Assembly (NCBI RefSeq): GCF_001194135.2
Contig: NC_068993.1
Location: forward strand, 5,745,549 to 5,808,972
Direction: 5' to 3'
From: Octopus bimaculoides
Taxonomy: Eukaryota
Length of the DNA stretch: 63,424 bases
The translations under genes and the position numbers were made by a program. This document shows positions 25,029 through 38,296 of the stretch, piece after piece (the stretch's first letter is position 1; each line of letters begins with the position of its first letter). The notes under the pieces were generated by a model that had not been told where the DNA came from, ran no database searches, and was given only the letters and a program-made list of their open reading frames with translations.

Positions 25029-26425
25029 GCTTCAACACATTCTATTTAATCGGCGAATCCTTTCCCCGCAAAGGTGCTGGCCTTGTACCTAAATTGGAAG
25101 CAAATGGGTTCGGGTTAACTTTGTTTTCTTTTCTCTTTCGGTTCTATAATAGAAGTACCAGTGCTATCTTGGTGTTGATTCGGCAGAATGTACTATTCAG
25201 AAATCGATAGTTATCAACATGGAATAATCAATCACCAAGAAGCAGATCTATAAGATTAAAGACATTCCATCCATGACCGTCTCGTCTTTTTTCCAGACTG
25301 CGTTATCAAATGTGAATTTTTATTTTTTAACACGGTAGGGAATTTGATTTGAAAGAGATTAAGCTGCTATTTCTAGTGACCAGTAGAGACTTACACGTTG
25401 ATCCACTGTTGCCGTTGTCGTTTTTTTTTTGTTACTGTGACTTTTGTTTTTGCTGCTGTTGTTGTTACTGTTGTTGTGTGCATATTTCTCGAGGTGGGAG
25501 GTATTTCTTTGTTTGTCCACGTCTCAGATGTAGCGGTGTGTGTGTGTGTGTATGTGTGTGTGTATGTGTGTGTGTGTGTGTGTGTCTGCGTATGGGTGTG
25601 TGGTGATGTTGCTGTTTCTACCAGCAGAATAAAGGCTTGATATCCTCCTCCTCATCATCATCATCATCGTCACCACCATCATCATCATCGTTATCATTAT
25701 CATTTTCACCATTCACTTTCCCTCTGTCTTTCTTTCTTTCTCCCTCTCCCCACCCCGTCTCTCTCTCTCTCCCTCTCTATCTCTCTCTCTCTCTGTCTCT
25801 CTCTCTCTCTGTCTCTCTCTGTCTCTCTCTCTCTCTCTCTCTCCCCCTCTCTCTCTCTCTTTTTCTCCCATTTTATTCGGAGATCATCGTAAAAGAATCA
25901 CCATAAAGCTCGGCAAAAATCCCTTTCAGAGATTTTCCTGTTCCAGTACTTTTTATTGCTTGGCTTTTGTTGGTTTTAACATTAAACGAGAACATGGCGG
26001 TCTTACTTTTTTTTTTCTTTTTAAGGCATGACGTGTGTATGTACATATGTATGTGTGTCAGTAACTATGCACGCATATATGTATACGCTCGCTTTTGTGT
26101 GCATGTATATCTATGTGTATGTATTCTTGGATGTTTGTCGGTTTCTTTCACTGAATGTATTACGGCAGTGTTGTATGTATATGTGTGTTTGCGAGTTTGT
26201 TCCTTTCTTTTGTTCCTACATGGAAAGAGAAAAGATTTTAATCTTGATGATGGTGTAACACGTGATCACGAAAGATTGTATTGGCGGCCATATTGAAATG
26301 TAATAAATACAAAAATATCTTTTGTTCAGTACATTCAGCAGTCTTATGTACACAAGTGGCTACATTACTAACTGTAACTTATAAATTTCTTGATATCCAA
26401 TGCCATACATCAACCGTAATTCTAT

Positions 26426-26556
26426 AGCTGGGGTCGTTAGAACGTCGGAGAAATTTCCTTGCGTTATTTGTTCCGCTTCTCCGTACTCTTGAGTTCAAAT
26501 CACGACGTAGTCAACTTTACCTTTTAACCTTCTAGCGTTGATAAGATAAAGTTCCA
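26426..26556 (+). mobile_element. SINE-A, old copy
   Basis: TCGTTAGAACG...GAGTTCAAATC...GTCAACTTTACCTTTTAACC. Confidence 0.6.
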
Positions 26557-26759
26557 ACCCACTACCTGGGCTGGTTCTTCTATCTGTCTATCTGTCGTCT
26601 GTCTATCTCCATTTATCTATCGTCTGTTTGTCTAACTGTCTGTCTGCTGCGTATCTGCCTGTCAGTCTAACCTTTCAGAGTGGTTAAAGACCAGTTCAGT
26701 ATCAGAACTGTATGATTCTTCCCTGTTTATTCATTTGTCTGTTAAGCTGTCTGTGTAGC

Positions 26760-26984
26760 CCTATGGTTCTCAACCATTTTTCTAAATTTTGACCCTTTTT
26801 GATTCCTATTTTACTCGTGTGGACCCTCAAATCTTTTCCATCTGTAAAAAAAAATCTTATAGTATTTTTATAATTAAATATTATTAGGAATTATACTAAG
26901 AATTGTTAAAATATTTTTGGTATTGTAAAAATATAACCAATTTATTGTGGATAAATTGTAACAACAAAATCTTATATGGAGCCC
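26760..26984 (+). mobile_element. hAT (Charlie-type) non-autonomous element, left part
   Basis: The terminus CCTATGGTTCTCAACC resembles CAGTGGTTCTCAACC. The internal sequence is shared with 56470-56600. It is cut off by SINE-A at 26985. Confidence 0.7.
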
Positions 26985-27152
26985 AGTTCAAATTCTGCCG
27001 AAGTCGACTTTGCCTTTCATCCTTTCGGGGCCGGTAAAATTAGTACCAGTTACGCACTGGGGTCGATGTAATCGACTTAATCACTTCCCCCAAATTTGAG
27101 GCCTTGTGCTTCCATTAGAAGGGATTATTATTATTATTATTATTATTATTAT
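26985..27152 (+). mobile_element. SINE-A, 5'-truncated, tail type 2 with (TTA)n
   Basis: GTTCAAATTCTGCCGAAGTCGACTTTGCCTTTCATCCTTTCGGGG...GGCCTTGTG...AGAAGGGATTATTATT. Confidence 0.9.
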
Positions 27153-27600
27153 TTCTACCATCACCTTCAAGCTCAGCATGTCATTTAATGTTTTCTCGCT
27201 CATACAGACGCTGAAGAGAGTGGTCCTCCAAAGCTGCCACAAGCGGTCACAACACGGATACAAGATAACACACGTACACAAACATACAAACATATGCAGG
27301 CACATACACTCACACATGCAAACGGCTATTACATACAAAGCAGAAACACACACAGAACTACATACACAAACACACAGCTACACAAATACACACACTTGCA
27401 CATATATACATAAAACACACGCCATACAAAAATACACGCACAAATATATATATACACACACACACACTCGCAAATACACACACACATATACAAACGTACC
27501 TAGAGGCATATTGCACATGTACATACTCACACACCCTCACACACATGAATACAATGTGCATTTGTTGACATATTGTATCTGTCCGTCATAAATATCCCCA

Positions 27601-27601
<1 letters not shown>

Positions 27602-27694
<93 letters not shown>
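27602..27694 (+). repeat. Long perfect (AC)n, representative of dozens of (AC)n, (AT)n, (AG)n, (ATCT)n and (ATAC)n arrays
   Basis: Read directly. Other examples: (TA)n 11409-11483, (GAGT)n 14548-14655, (ATCT)n 62420-62500. Confidence 0.95.
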
Positions 27695-27697
<3 letters not shown>

Positions 27698-28059
27698 CAA
27701 ATAAGGTGTAGCTTTTGTTGGCGTGTTATTATATCTGTCCGCCATAAATCATCAAGTTGGAAAGAAGGGGCCATTACCAAATTAAATCTAGGATCAGTGA
27801 TTCGTTTATTTAAGTGTCACACTAGATCCCTATTACTACCAGTTCCCTATTACAACCTGCTCCCTATTATTGCCAGCCCCTTTAAACTAAACCCTCCGCA
27901 CCTGTCACTCTCTCCCCCTCCTCCTCCTCCTCTCCGTGCTCTTCCTTCAGACGATGTTGACGGATGCTGTGAAACTATTTAATGACTGTCTCCGTGAGTC
28001 ATTCCTGACGACAGTTAGCATCCATCTTAGTTCTAACCTGACAGCTGGAAACGAGGACA

Positions 28060-28550
28060 ATGGCGGAGGTGGCGGCGGCAGCCATGATGATGACGATGCA
28101 GAATATCGGGTTGGTGGTGGTGACGTTGTCACCGACGATAATGGCGGCAGCGGTGATGACAATGACGGTGATGGTGAAGGTGGTGATGATGGGGAGGAGG
28201 AGGAAGAGGAAGAGGGCAATGGTGAAGATGATGGCGATGACGATGGCGGCTATAGTGATGAAAATGGCGACGAGGTTGATAATGATGGTGATGGTGATGA
28301 CGATTATACTGATTACGAAGATTGTTATACTTAGGCAATAGAAATGACAACAAAGACGATGAGGATAACGATGATGACGACGACGACGATGACGATGACG
28401 AGGATGAGGATGAGGATGAGGATGAGGATAAAGGCGAAATTGATAAGAATGAAGTTGACATACGCAACGATGATGATGGTGATGACGACGATGACGACGA
28501 TGATAACTACGACTGTTACTGTGATGAGGATGGTCGAGATGATGACAATA
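28060..28550 (+). repeat. Degenerate (GAT/GAC/GAG)n low-complexity block
   Basis: Read directly from the sequence. It gives poly-Asp, poly-Met or poly-His pseudo-ORFs depending on frame. Confidence 0.9.
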
Positions 28551-28669
28551 ACGTTCTGAGTTCAAATTCCGCCGAGGTCGATTTTGCCTTTCATCCTTTC
28601 GGGGGGGGGGGGTCGATAAATTAAGTACCAGTTGTGGAATGGGGCCGATCTAATCGACTGCCCCCCCCC
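28551..28669 (+). mobile_element. SINE-A, truncated by a gap
   Basis: ACGTTCTGAGTTCAAATTCCGCCGAGGTCGATTTTGCCTTTCATCCTTTCGGGG. Confidence 0.9.
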
Positions 28670-29863
28670 NNNNNNNNNNNNNNNNNNNNNNNNNNNNNNN
28701 NNNNNNNNNNNNNNNNNNNNNNNNNNNNNNNNNNNNNNNNNNNNNNNNNNNNNNNNNNNNNNNNNNNNNNNNNNNNNNNNNNNNNNNNNNNNNNNNNNNN
28801 NNNNNNNNNNNNNNNNNNNNNNNNNNNNNNNNNNNNNNNNNNNNNNNNNNNNNNNNNNNNNNNNNNNNNNNNNNNNNNNNNNNNNNNNNNNNNNNNNNNN
28901 NNNNNNNNNNNNNNNNNNNNNNNNNNNNNNNNNNNNNNNNNNNNNNNNNNNNNNNNNNNNNNNNNNNNNNNNNNNNNNNNNNNNNNNNNNNNNNNNNNNN
29001 NNNNNNNNNNNNNNNNNNNNNNNNNNNNNNNNNNNNNNNNNNNNNNNNNNNNNNNNNNNNNNNNNNNNNNNNNNNNNNNNNNNNNNNNNNNNNNNNNNNN
29101 NNNNNNNNNNNNNNNNNNNNNNNNNNNNNNNNNNNNNNNNNNNNNNNNNNNNNNNNNNNNNNNNNNNNNNNNNNNNNNNNNNNNNNNNNNNNNNNNNNNN
29201 NNNNNNNNNNNNNNNNNNNNNNNNNNNNNNNNNNNNNNNNNNNNNNNNNNNNNNNNNNNNNNNNNNNNNNNNNNNNNNNNNNNNNNNNNCACTAGTGGTA
29301 GTTAAACTATATACGCACACCTACGTATATACATACATGCATACATACATACACACACACATACATACATACTGCACATATTACGCACATACATTCTATG
29401 TATGTATATATATATATATATATATATGGGCATGTATGCATGCATGCATGTATGTATGTGTGCGTGCACGAGTGTGTGTATTAATACATAAAGCGAAGTC
29501 ATGGAGACCTTAAACCTTCTAGCTCCCTACATTCATCTTTCTTCAATAAAATCCCTCCTCCTCTTCTTTCTGTCCCTTCCTTTCTCTTCTTGCCCCCTGA
29601 CTTTTTTTTTTATTATTAATTAGCAATTCTATCCACCGTTAAATATTCATCGTCTTAAGGATTTCAATCATTATATTATATTGTATATTATATTATATAT
29701 ATTGTGTTTATTATATACTGCAAGCTGTCAAACTGTGATAAGCCGATTCAAATAATCAACTTCACCGTACTCTGACAATGCGTACGTCATCAGACCTTTC
29801 TGTCTGATTGTCTGTATTTCATTTAATATATATATATTCACACACACACAATCGTATGTGTTC

Positions 29864-29907
<44 letters not shown>

Positions 29908-29910
<3 letters not shown>

Positions 29911-30123
29911 AGTTATGGAATAGAGTATGGGAAATCTGGGCTATATATGTTTCTTTGCAAATGGAACCTCAGAAGTAGTAAAATCCAAGTGAGGTGTATA
30001 CCGCTGGCTACTCTTCAGGCCAAGGATATCTTGATTAGATTAAAGCCTACATTGTCGCAAGGAGGTAAATGTTGACACAATGATTCAATCAGAATATATG
30101 TAGCCCAGATTTCCGTAACTCTT
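29908..30123. mobile_element. MITE-like element with about 28 bp inverted termini, next to (TA)n
   Basis: AAGAGTTA...GGAAATCTGGGCTATATAT versus ATATATGTAGCCCAGATTTCCGTAACTCTT. Confidence 0.7.
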
Positions 30124-30670
30124 GTATTCTTTTACGCACACTCGGCAACCTTGGTTGCCTACCGAAGAATATAAAAAGAACTTTTTGTCAGCTCATCGTT
30201 TTTCGTTAAAAGAAAAAAATCCACAACTTTCCGTCTCAATAAACCACATTTGTCTCTGAAAGTTTTTTTTTAATATTCGCTACAGATTGCTTGAAGCTAA
30301 CTTTCTTCCTACACCTCGATTCGTAATATACATACGTACATATACACACACATTTATATTTACACACGTGTGAGTGAACTAACGATTCGGTTCTGTGCTA
30401 CTCCAAGTTATAGCTATCTACACACACACACAGAATTTCATAAACTTACGAGAGAACATGAAATAATTCTTTTTGAGAATAATGGATCACGAAGCGCACA
30501 CATCTCTGTAAATAATTCCATTTAAATATTGTTCTTCAATATTTATATACTGTTATATAAAGATTGATACATTACATAAAAAATATACAAACGAACATAT
30601 GTATATATAATCATTATCATTAAGTATAAACATGTTTTAACTGCGAGGTTCTATAAGTTGTCATGCATTC

Positions 30671-30915
30671 GATAATACACTAGCCGGATAGTCGGACAAA
30701 CTTGTATAGCGTGCCAGGTACTATTGGACAATCATTCAGACTCAAAATACAACATGACTGTTCTCTGAGAAAAAGAGAGAACCAAAGAAAAAGCGAGAAA
30801 AAAAAAGAGAGAAAACGCGAAAGTGGAGAGCAGCCATGTTGTATTTTGAGCCTGAACGATCGCTTGAAAATACACGTACACGACATGCTATGCAAAGTTG
30901 TCCGCTGTATTATTT
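30671..30915. repeat. Fold-back element: about 90 bp diverged arms with a purine-rich spacer of about 50 nt
   Basis: TTCAGACTCAAAATACAACATGACTGTTCTC versus GAGAGCAGCCATGTTGTATTTTGAGCCTGAA. Similarity extends outward to GGACAA.CTTG.ATAGC.TG and ATAATAC. Confidence 0.8.
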
Positions 30916-31782
30916 GAGACATGGAGCTAACCGTAGCTCACACTTAAATCTTGTGTTTATTAAATGATATTTTTCTCTCACTCGATGGAGTACTTTTTTT
31001 GTTGATCCCAACGGAACAGCATAATATATACAAAGCTTTTTTGTAATATAAATCGCGTATCAAAAGATATTGCAAATAATTAGTAACACAACTGTACAAG
31101 TTATTGAATTATTGGCTCAGATTTCTTTTAAAAATCCCATAAAAGCACAAGGTCATAGCTTTAGCGATGACATTGGGGGCCTTTAACCGAAGAACATAAT
31201 TTTCTTTTTTAGAATTAAACAAACAACAACATAAAAATGAAAGGAAAAATATTCAGAACCGAGACGAATGAAAGAAAAAAAACTAAATAGAAAAAGAATA
31301 TAAAAGACAAAAAGATGAAATGTGGACGGGAAGAATGGAAAAAAGAAAGGTTGAAATATTTTTGCGATTATTTAATATATTTTGTTTGATGGAACTGTTG
31401 AATTTGGGTGATTTCCTGTTTAATGGTGGCAGACTCTTGTAAACAACTAGTTCCATTGAAAACACAAACGCCGTAATTAATTTGCCTGATCGTATTGTTG
31501 ATATTGCGGTAATGATGAAGATGATGATGACAATATTAATAATAATAATAATAATAATAATAGGAAGAATAATAAATGATGATGATGATGATGACGAGAA
31601 TAATGGTCGTAGTAACAATGATAGTTGTAGTAGTTGTAGTAGTAACAATTGTAGTACTATTAGTAGTAATGATAAAAATGATGATGATGATGGTGATCAC
31701 AATGATAATTATAATAATAATAGCCTTAGTAAAAACAAAAGTAGTAGTAGTAATAATAATAGTAATAANNNNNNNNNNGATG

Positions 31783-31816
<34 letters not shown>

Positions 31817-32859
31817 TAATAATAATAATAATAATCGTAATAGTAATTCTTATTGTGATTGTGTGTGGATGTGTTTATGCGTATTCGGGGGTTTACGCAC
31901 GATAGGAGAAAGAGAAAGACTACAAGAGTAAGACGAAATGTAAGAATAAATAAAAGAAAGAAAAAGTAAACAAACAAAGAAACAAATAAACAAACAAACA
32001 AGGAGTTGGACCTGGGTGAAGTGGAGGGCAAAAGAAGGAAAAAGTGAAAGTAGTAACGAAAGTGAAAGTAGGAAATGGGGGCGGAGTCGGTCAGTAATAT
32101 GATCCTGAGTGTTTAATTAAGTTTGAGGCGATGCTTAACGGTGAACAACTGTGAAGAAATCTGACGACTTTGGTAATATCTGATGCGGAACCAATACTGC
32201 TCAGTTCAGTGTTATAGTGTTTGTTCTTTGAATTGATTTACTCACACACGTTGTTAGCACACAATCAAATACAATGACGAAGTCTTCGGTGACGAGACGG
32301 TGTGAACAAAACAAAGCAAAACCAAAAATGTAGCGTACAAACATTACACTTCACACATCATGGTCTTCCTATATTGTTAATTATGTTCCGACATCTGTCG
32401 ATGGCTGGGTGGTTGGTGGCTAAAAGGGAGCCAGCAGGGCTTTCAGTTGTTAGTTTCGTATCTTATTCACGGCATTGTGGTATGTGTTATACATTTCTTC
32501 CTAGCGCAGATGGTCAAATGGTGTGGCTGAGTGTTTGCATCAAATCATATCTGAGTGCAGTACTTGTTGTGTCCTTTTTCTTAACCAAAACGAAATTTTC
32601 GTAATACTGCCCCACCCACCAGCTATTTGGGAAAATTTCACCCTCATCATTGATAAGATTATAAAACAACTTTCGCCCGCTTTTGTCTTCATGATCCTTC
32701 AATCTTTGCCATGGCGATCGAAGATGATTGAAAATTGTAAAACTATCTCAAATATATTTAACCCCTATCAATCCTCATAGCCACGATTTCGCTGAAAAAC
32801 ACTAACCTACCTGAAGAATCCACCACTCTTCGCAGGAACCGATTAGTAACTCTTTATGT

Positions 32860-33045
32860 GGTTTCTGGACTTTATAAAAATGATAGCCAAATCTCCCTCA
32901 AATTAGACATTATTGTCTTAAAAAAATGAAGGATGCATAAGATAATTTTCTTGATGATATATCGTTAAAATGAGATGGTTATGGTTAGAACGGCTTTATT
33001 CATAAATCAGTTTGGTCAGGGTTAATCTTGGAATAAATAACAACA
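32860..33045 (+). mobile_element. Old dispersed family D, ending in (CAA)n; representative copy
   Basis: The motif GCAGCCAAATCTCCCTCAAAT recurs near 9820(+), 25330(-), 32884(+), 33540(+), 47960(-), 58590(-) and 60550(-). Related segments occur at 34285-34480(-). Most copies end in CAA/TTG runs. Confidence 0.55.
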
Positions 33046-33199
33046 AAAGTACATGAATCCGAACGGCGGAAGCGCTATAAAATTGCCGAGTGTTTCGTCA
33101 ACTTGCAGTACAATGTTTGGTTCTTTCTCCGAACGTAGGTCATGGGAGAAGTATTAGCGGTAACAACGTCATCAACCCTTGGACATTACTGTCTCATGT

Positions 33200-33401
33200 C
33201 TTAGAACCCTAAAGGCAGGATGCCCGATTTTCATGGCGTATAAGTGACCTAAGACCGCACCTTGACCCCTGAACGGAACGCTAGTCCGACACGGGGTAGC
33301 TCATTGCAATAGAGTGCATTGAAGCACGTCACCTAGTCCAGAGATCGAAACCACGATTTTGCGATCAAGTGGGCGACACCCTAACCACTAGGTCACGTGT
33401 C
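33200..33401 (-). mobile_element. tRNA-headed SINE with a C-related head and a different body
   Basis: Minus strand GACACGTGACCTAGTGGTTAGGGTGTCG...GTGGTTTCGATCTCTGG shows A-box and B-box. Confidence 0.6.
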
Positions 33402-34744
33402 TTTACTGTTAGCAGCAACGCCTCGTTTTTGATTCTCGTTAGCTCCACACTCCAACCATGAAAATAAATTCTCCACTGATCTGTTTCGCATTTTCAAGAC
33501 AAGACTCTTTTGACGTCTTTGGCCTGTTGGAAGGAAATGGCAGCGAAATCTCCCTCATATTACTACCTTCGGTTCTAGATAGGGACGAAAGAGACATATA
33601 GAACTAAGATTATGTGGTCTTCAAAACACGAATTTTCTGTAAAAACAAACAAAAATTAAAACGGTATTTTTGCCACTTGAACGTCTTTATCATAGGTCGG
33701 CTTGTTCAAGTGGAGATTGGCATTGGCCAAATGAATAACAACAACAATAACAACAGCGACAACAAGCAGCAGCAACTGCTAACATCACTACAGTCTACAT
33801 CAGCAACTCGAACTGCTTAAACCACCTGGTAAAAATATGGCTGACGTAAATACCTCATTTATCGTCTGCTGCTAGAAATAATTAGATTTTAAAAAAATGT
33901 TTTTTCCCTCTCTAAGAACTCATTAATAATCAATAAATAAATGAAGCAGTAGATTATTCTTGAAACTTTCCATGAAACATTTAATTAACCATTCATTAAT
34001 TGATTCTCTGAAATGCATTAATGGTATAGAGTCGTACTTAATGACTTAGCATTACTTAAGCGTCACTCATTTAACTTTCATAGTTCAAATCTCGCCAGGA
34101 TCGGATTTTCGCTCCATTCCCCCTGGAGGGTAGATACTATAGAAGAGGTGGAATAGAGATGTGATTGAATTGAGGATGCACTTCCTAGTAAATGTCTCCT
34201 TGCTTCAAAATGGATAATCTTACGTTAATTCTTGCTCTATTTTTTTTTTTAATTGAAAATTAATTAGAATTAGTCAGTAATTATGCTGTTGTTGTTGCTG
34301 CTTTGTCTCTTAGAGTCTAGTAATCAAAGGCGTTCCAGCCGTGATCTGTCTGTCATATTGGGTATCTAGGACTATCTAATCAAATATATATAACACCTTT
34401 TGAAAATAGTAGTGTGTTGTGATTTGAGGAAGAGTTTTCTACTATCTTTAGCAGGTCGTGTTGAGGCGTAGAGACCCCCCTCTTTGGGTTGTGTGTGTGC
34501 ATGTCTATGTACAAACATTGAACTCGTAAAATCACTAGAATCAGCTGTGTTGTCTTATTTATCGGTCTTTCGGAGCTCATATTGCACTATAGTTCCAATA
34601 TCTACCGTTAGGCGTCGTTGTCACTCGCGAGTCCCGCGATTGTTTCGAATTCAGATTTGTTTACGTCTGTTTATCGGCTACTTTCTCATTCTCATTCATT
34701 TGTGACTTTATTTTTTGCCCCCATGGCTCCTAAGAAAATTCATA

Positions 34745-34974
34745 TTGATCAGATCAACGGAACAGCCTGTTCGTGAAATTAACGTGCAGGTGACTGAGTA
34801 CTCCACAGACACGTGTACGTACCCTTAAGACGTTCTCAGGGAAATTCAGCTTGACAGAATTTGACAAGGCTGGCCTTTTGAAATACAGGTACTACTCATT
34901 TTTGGCAGCCGAGTGGACTGGAACAATGTGAAATAAAGTATCTTGCTCAAGGACAAAACGCATCGCCGGGAATT
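34745..34974 (-). mobile_element. SINE-C, head truncated at (CT)n
   Basis: Colinear with 24090-24310, e.g. ACGGAACAGCCTG.TCGTGAAATTAACGTGCA and GAGTGGACTGGA. Confidence 0.9.
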
Positions 34975-35114
34975 AGCTCTCTCTCTCTCCCTCTCTACAT
35001 CTGTGTGTGTATATATATATATATATGTTTATATATATATGTTTATATATAGGTAGATACACATGCATATATACATGCATGTATATATCTATGAGTGTGT
35101 ATATGTACTTACGG

Positions 35115-35475
35115 ATAGATAGACAGGCAGGTAGACAGGCAGGTAGACAGGCAGATAGACAGGCAGATAGACAGGCAGATAGACAGGCAGATAGACAGGC
35201 AGATAGACAGGCAGATAGACAGGCAGATAGACAGGCAGATAGACAGGCAGATNNNNNNNNNNNNNNNNNNNNNNNNNNNNNNNNNNNNNNNNNNNNNNNN
35301 NNNNNNNNNNNNNNNNNNNNNNNNNGCAGATAGACAGGCAGATAGACAGGCAGATAGACAGGCAGATAGACAGGCAGATAGACAGGCAGATAGACAGGCA
35401 GATAGACAGGCAGATAGACAGGCAGATAGACAGGTAGATAGACAGGCAGATAGACAGGTAGATAGACAGGTAGAT
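35115..35475 (+). repeat. 12-bp minisatellite (AGATAGACAGGC)n spanning a gap
   Basis: Direct tandem copies on both sides of the N-run 35253-35325. Confidence 0.95.
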
Positions 35476-36747
35476 AGACACATATACATTCAAACACAGT
35501 TTAAATCTACGTGCGCGTACGTACATTTCGTATATATGTTTATATTTGTACTCCAGTAGAAAAACACTGATTGTTAGTGTAGAGAGAGAGAGAGAAAAAA
35601 AACACGACACGTGTTCATTATAAGCTTTATTTTTGATGCAGGAAATTAACTGGAGTTAGTTATTAGTCGTGTACAGAGAAACATATTTCGAAAGATAAAA
35701 AAAATACCCACCCCCCGCCGTACAAAGAGGTACACACTCCCATATATATATATATATACGTATATATATATATATATANNNNNNNNNNNNNNNNNNNNNN
35801 NNNNNNNNNNNNNNNNNNNNNNNNNNNNNNNNNNNNNNNNNNNNNNNNNNNNNNNNNNNNNNNNNNNNNNNNNNNNNNNNNNNNNNNNNNNNNNNNNNNN
35901 NNNNNNNNNNNNNNNNNNNNNNNNNNNNNNNNNNNNNNNNNNNNNNNNNNNNNNNNNNNNNNNNNNNNNNNNNNNNNNNNNNNNNNNNNNNNNNNNNNNN
36001 NNNNNNNNNNNNNNNNNNNNNNNNNNNNNNNNNNNNNNNNNNNNNNNNNNNNNNNNNNNNNNNNNNNNNNNNNNNNNNNNNNNNNNNNNNNNNNNNNNNN
36101 NNNNNNNNNNNNNNNNNNNNNNNNNNNNNNNNNNNNNNNNNNNNNNNNNNNNNNNNNNNNNNNNNNNNNNNNNNNNNNNNNNNNNNNNNNNNNNNNNNNN
36201 NNNNNNNNNNNNNNNNNNNNNNNNNNNNNNNNNNNNNNNNNNNNNNNNNNNNNNNNNNNNNNNNNNNNNNNNNNNNNNNNNNNNNNNNNNNNNNNNNNNN
36301 NNNNNNNNNNNNNNNNNNNNNNNNNNNNNNNNNNNNNNNNNNNNNNNNNNNNNNNNNNNNNNNNNNNNNNNNNNNNNNNNNNNNNNNNNNNNNNNNNNNN
36401 NNNNNNNNNNNNNNNNNNNNNNNNNNNNNNNNNNNNNNNNNNNNNNNNNNNNNNNNNNNNNNNNNNNNNNNNNNNNNNNNNNNNNNNNNNNNNNNNNNNN
36501 NNNNNNNNNNNNNNNNNNNNNNNNNNNNNNNNNNNNNNNNNNNNNNNNNNNNNNNNNNNNNNNNNNNNNNNNNNNNNNNNNNNNNNNNNNNNNNNNNNNN
36601 NNNNNNNNNNNNNNNNNNNNNNNNNNNNNNNNNNNNNNNNNNNNNNNNNNNNNNNNNNNNNNNNNNNNNNNNNNNNNNNNNNNNNNNNNNNNNNNNNNNN
36701 NNNNNNNNNNNNNNNNNNNNNNNNNNNNNNNNNNNNNNNNNNNAAAT

Positions 36748-36790
<43 letters not shown>

Positions 36791-36824
36791 CACATGTCCA
36801 CGCACGCACAGACATACACGCAGC

Positions 36825-36851
<27 letters not shown>

Positions 36852-36855
<4 letters not shown>

Positions 36856-37007
36856 TGTTCCACTATAGACACAAGGTCTGAAATTGTGTAGGTGGCGGAC
36901 GTCAACCAAAGTATTTAACTGGTACTTATTTCATCGACCCCGAAAGAATAAAAGGCTAAGTTGACCTCGGTAGAACTTGAGCTCAGAATGCAAAGCCGGA
37001 CGAAATG
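36852..37007 (-). mobile_element. SINE-A
   Basis: ACTGGTACTTATTTCATCGACCCCGAAAG...GTTGACCTCGG...CGAAATG on the plus strand. Confidence 0.85.
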
Positions 37008-37102
37008 TCTGTCTGTCTGAATATCGGTATGCCTGGCTATCTATCTGTCCATCCGTTTGTCTGTCCAACTCTGTCTGTCTGACTGCCTATGTCTGTTTCT
37101 CT

Positions 37103-37313
37103 CTCTCTCACCCTCTCTCCGTTTGCTTACATGTCTCTGTTTCTTTTTTCTCTCTTATTCACCCTCTCCGTTTCTACCTCTCTCTCCCTGTCTGTCTCTC
37201 TGCCTGTGTCTCTTTCTTAATCTCTCACCCTTTCCCTGTTTACTTACATGTCTCTGTCTCTCTCTCCTTTTTCTCTCTTATTCACCCTCTCCGTTTCTAC
37301 ATCTCTCTCATCC
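37103..37313 (+). repeat. Local duplication of about 90 bp in a CT-rich block
   Basis: CTTACATGTCTCTGT...CTCTCTTATTCACCCTCTCCGTTTCTAC occurs twice, about 118 bp apart. Confidence 0.8.
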
Positions 37314-38076
37314 CGCCACTTGCACGCACACGTTATTGCAGAATTAATATTTTATGTTTCGATTTCCAGCTACTAGAATAACATATCTATATTTCAAAAT
37401 TCTTTCTCCAACTCTAACGGACCCATCTCTCTGCCTCCACCTCATCTCTAACCACTCCTACCCGTCTCCCACCAAAATTAAAAGTCAAACAAAAATCAGC
37501 TAAAAACCAAGCATGTAATATTTATCTCCCCTTCAATATTTCGGCTAAGGGAAGCAATATATCATCTCTTTATTTCTATTTCGAAATCAGGAAGAATCTT
37601 TAATGTATTGCGGCAGCATGTGGCGGATATCTTTTAGTTTTATGACTCTACTTAATAAAACTGTAAACCAGTTGAGTCTTCATCTTGCGAGTCCAGACCC
37701 TGACTCCAGCCCACCACCACTCCAACCAATACCTATACTGCTACCATCGCTATCATCACCACAGTTACAGCCACTAATACTACAACCATCACCACCATCT
37801 CTGGAACCACCACCATTACAAACTGTAGTACTACATCCACAACTACTATAACCCTCACCATCTCTGCAACCACCACTGCTACAAGTCTTATTGACACTAC
37901 AACCCCGTCACAATCAGATCACCCACCATTACTGCAACCAGTACTACAGCTAACACCACTGTGACTATCACCGCAAAAATACGACCACTACAACCAACGG
38001 TGTTGCAACTACAATCCTCCTCCTCCTCCTCCTCCTCCTCCTCATCATCATCATCCCCACTACATGAAACATATAT

Positions 38077-38296
38077 ATATTGGTTTCAAATTTTGGAACA
38101 AGGCCAACAATTTCGGGAGCAGAAGTAAGTCGATTATGTTGACCTCAGTGCTCAAATGGTACTTATCTTATCAGCCCCGAAAGGATAAAAGGTAATATCG
38201 ACCTCAGTGGAATTTGAACTCAGAACTTAAAGACAGACGAAATGCTGTTAAGCATTTTGGCCAGCGTGCTAACGATTCTGTAGAGCTCACCACCTT
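38077..38296 (-). mobile_element. SINE-A, full length, tail type 2
   Basis: Runs from tail TTGGTTTCAAATTTTGGAACAAGGCC to head GAGCTCACCACCTT on the plus strand. Confidence 0.9.

Noticed and set aside
27936-28624. Acidic Asp/Glu/Gly-rich ORFs resembling a biomineralisation or nucleolin-like protein
   Set aside because: Degenerate triplet repeat open in several frames on both strands, running directly into a SINE, with no credible splice sites.
29765-29795. CTGATGA-CGTAC...GTACG hairpin on the minus strand
   Set aside because: Followed by GTGAAG instead of GAAA, with no helix III or cleavage triplet; not a hammerhead.
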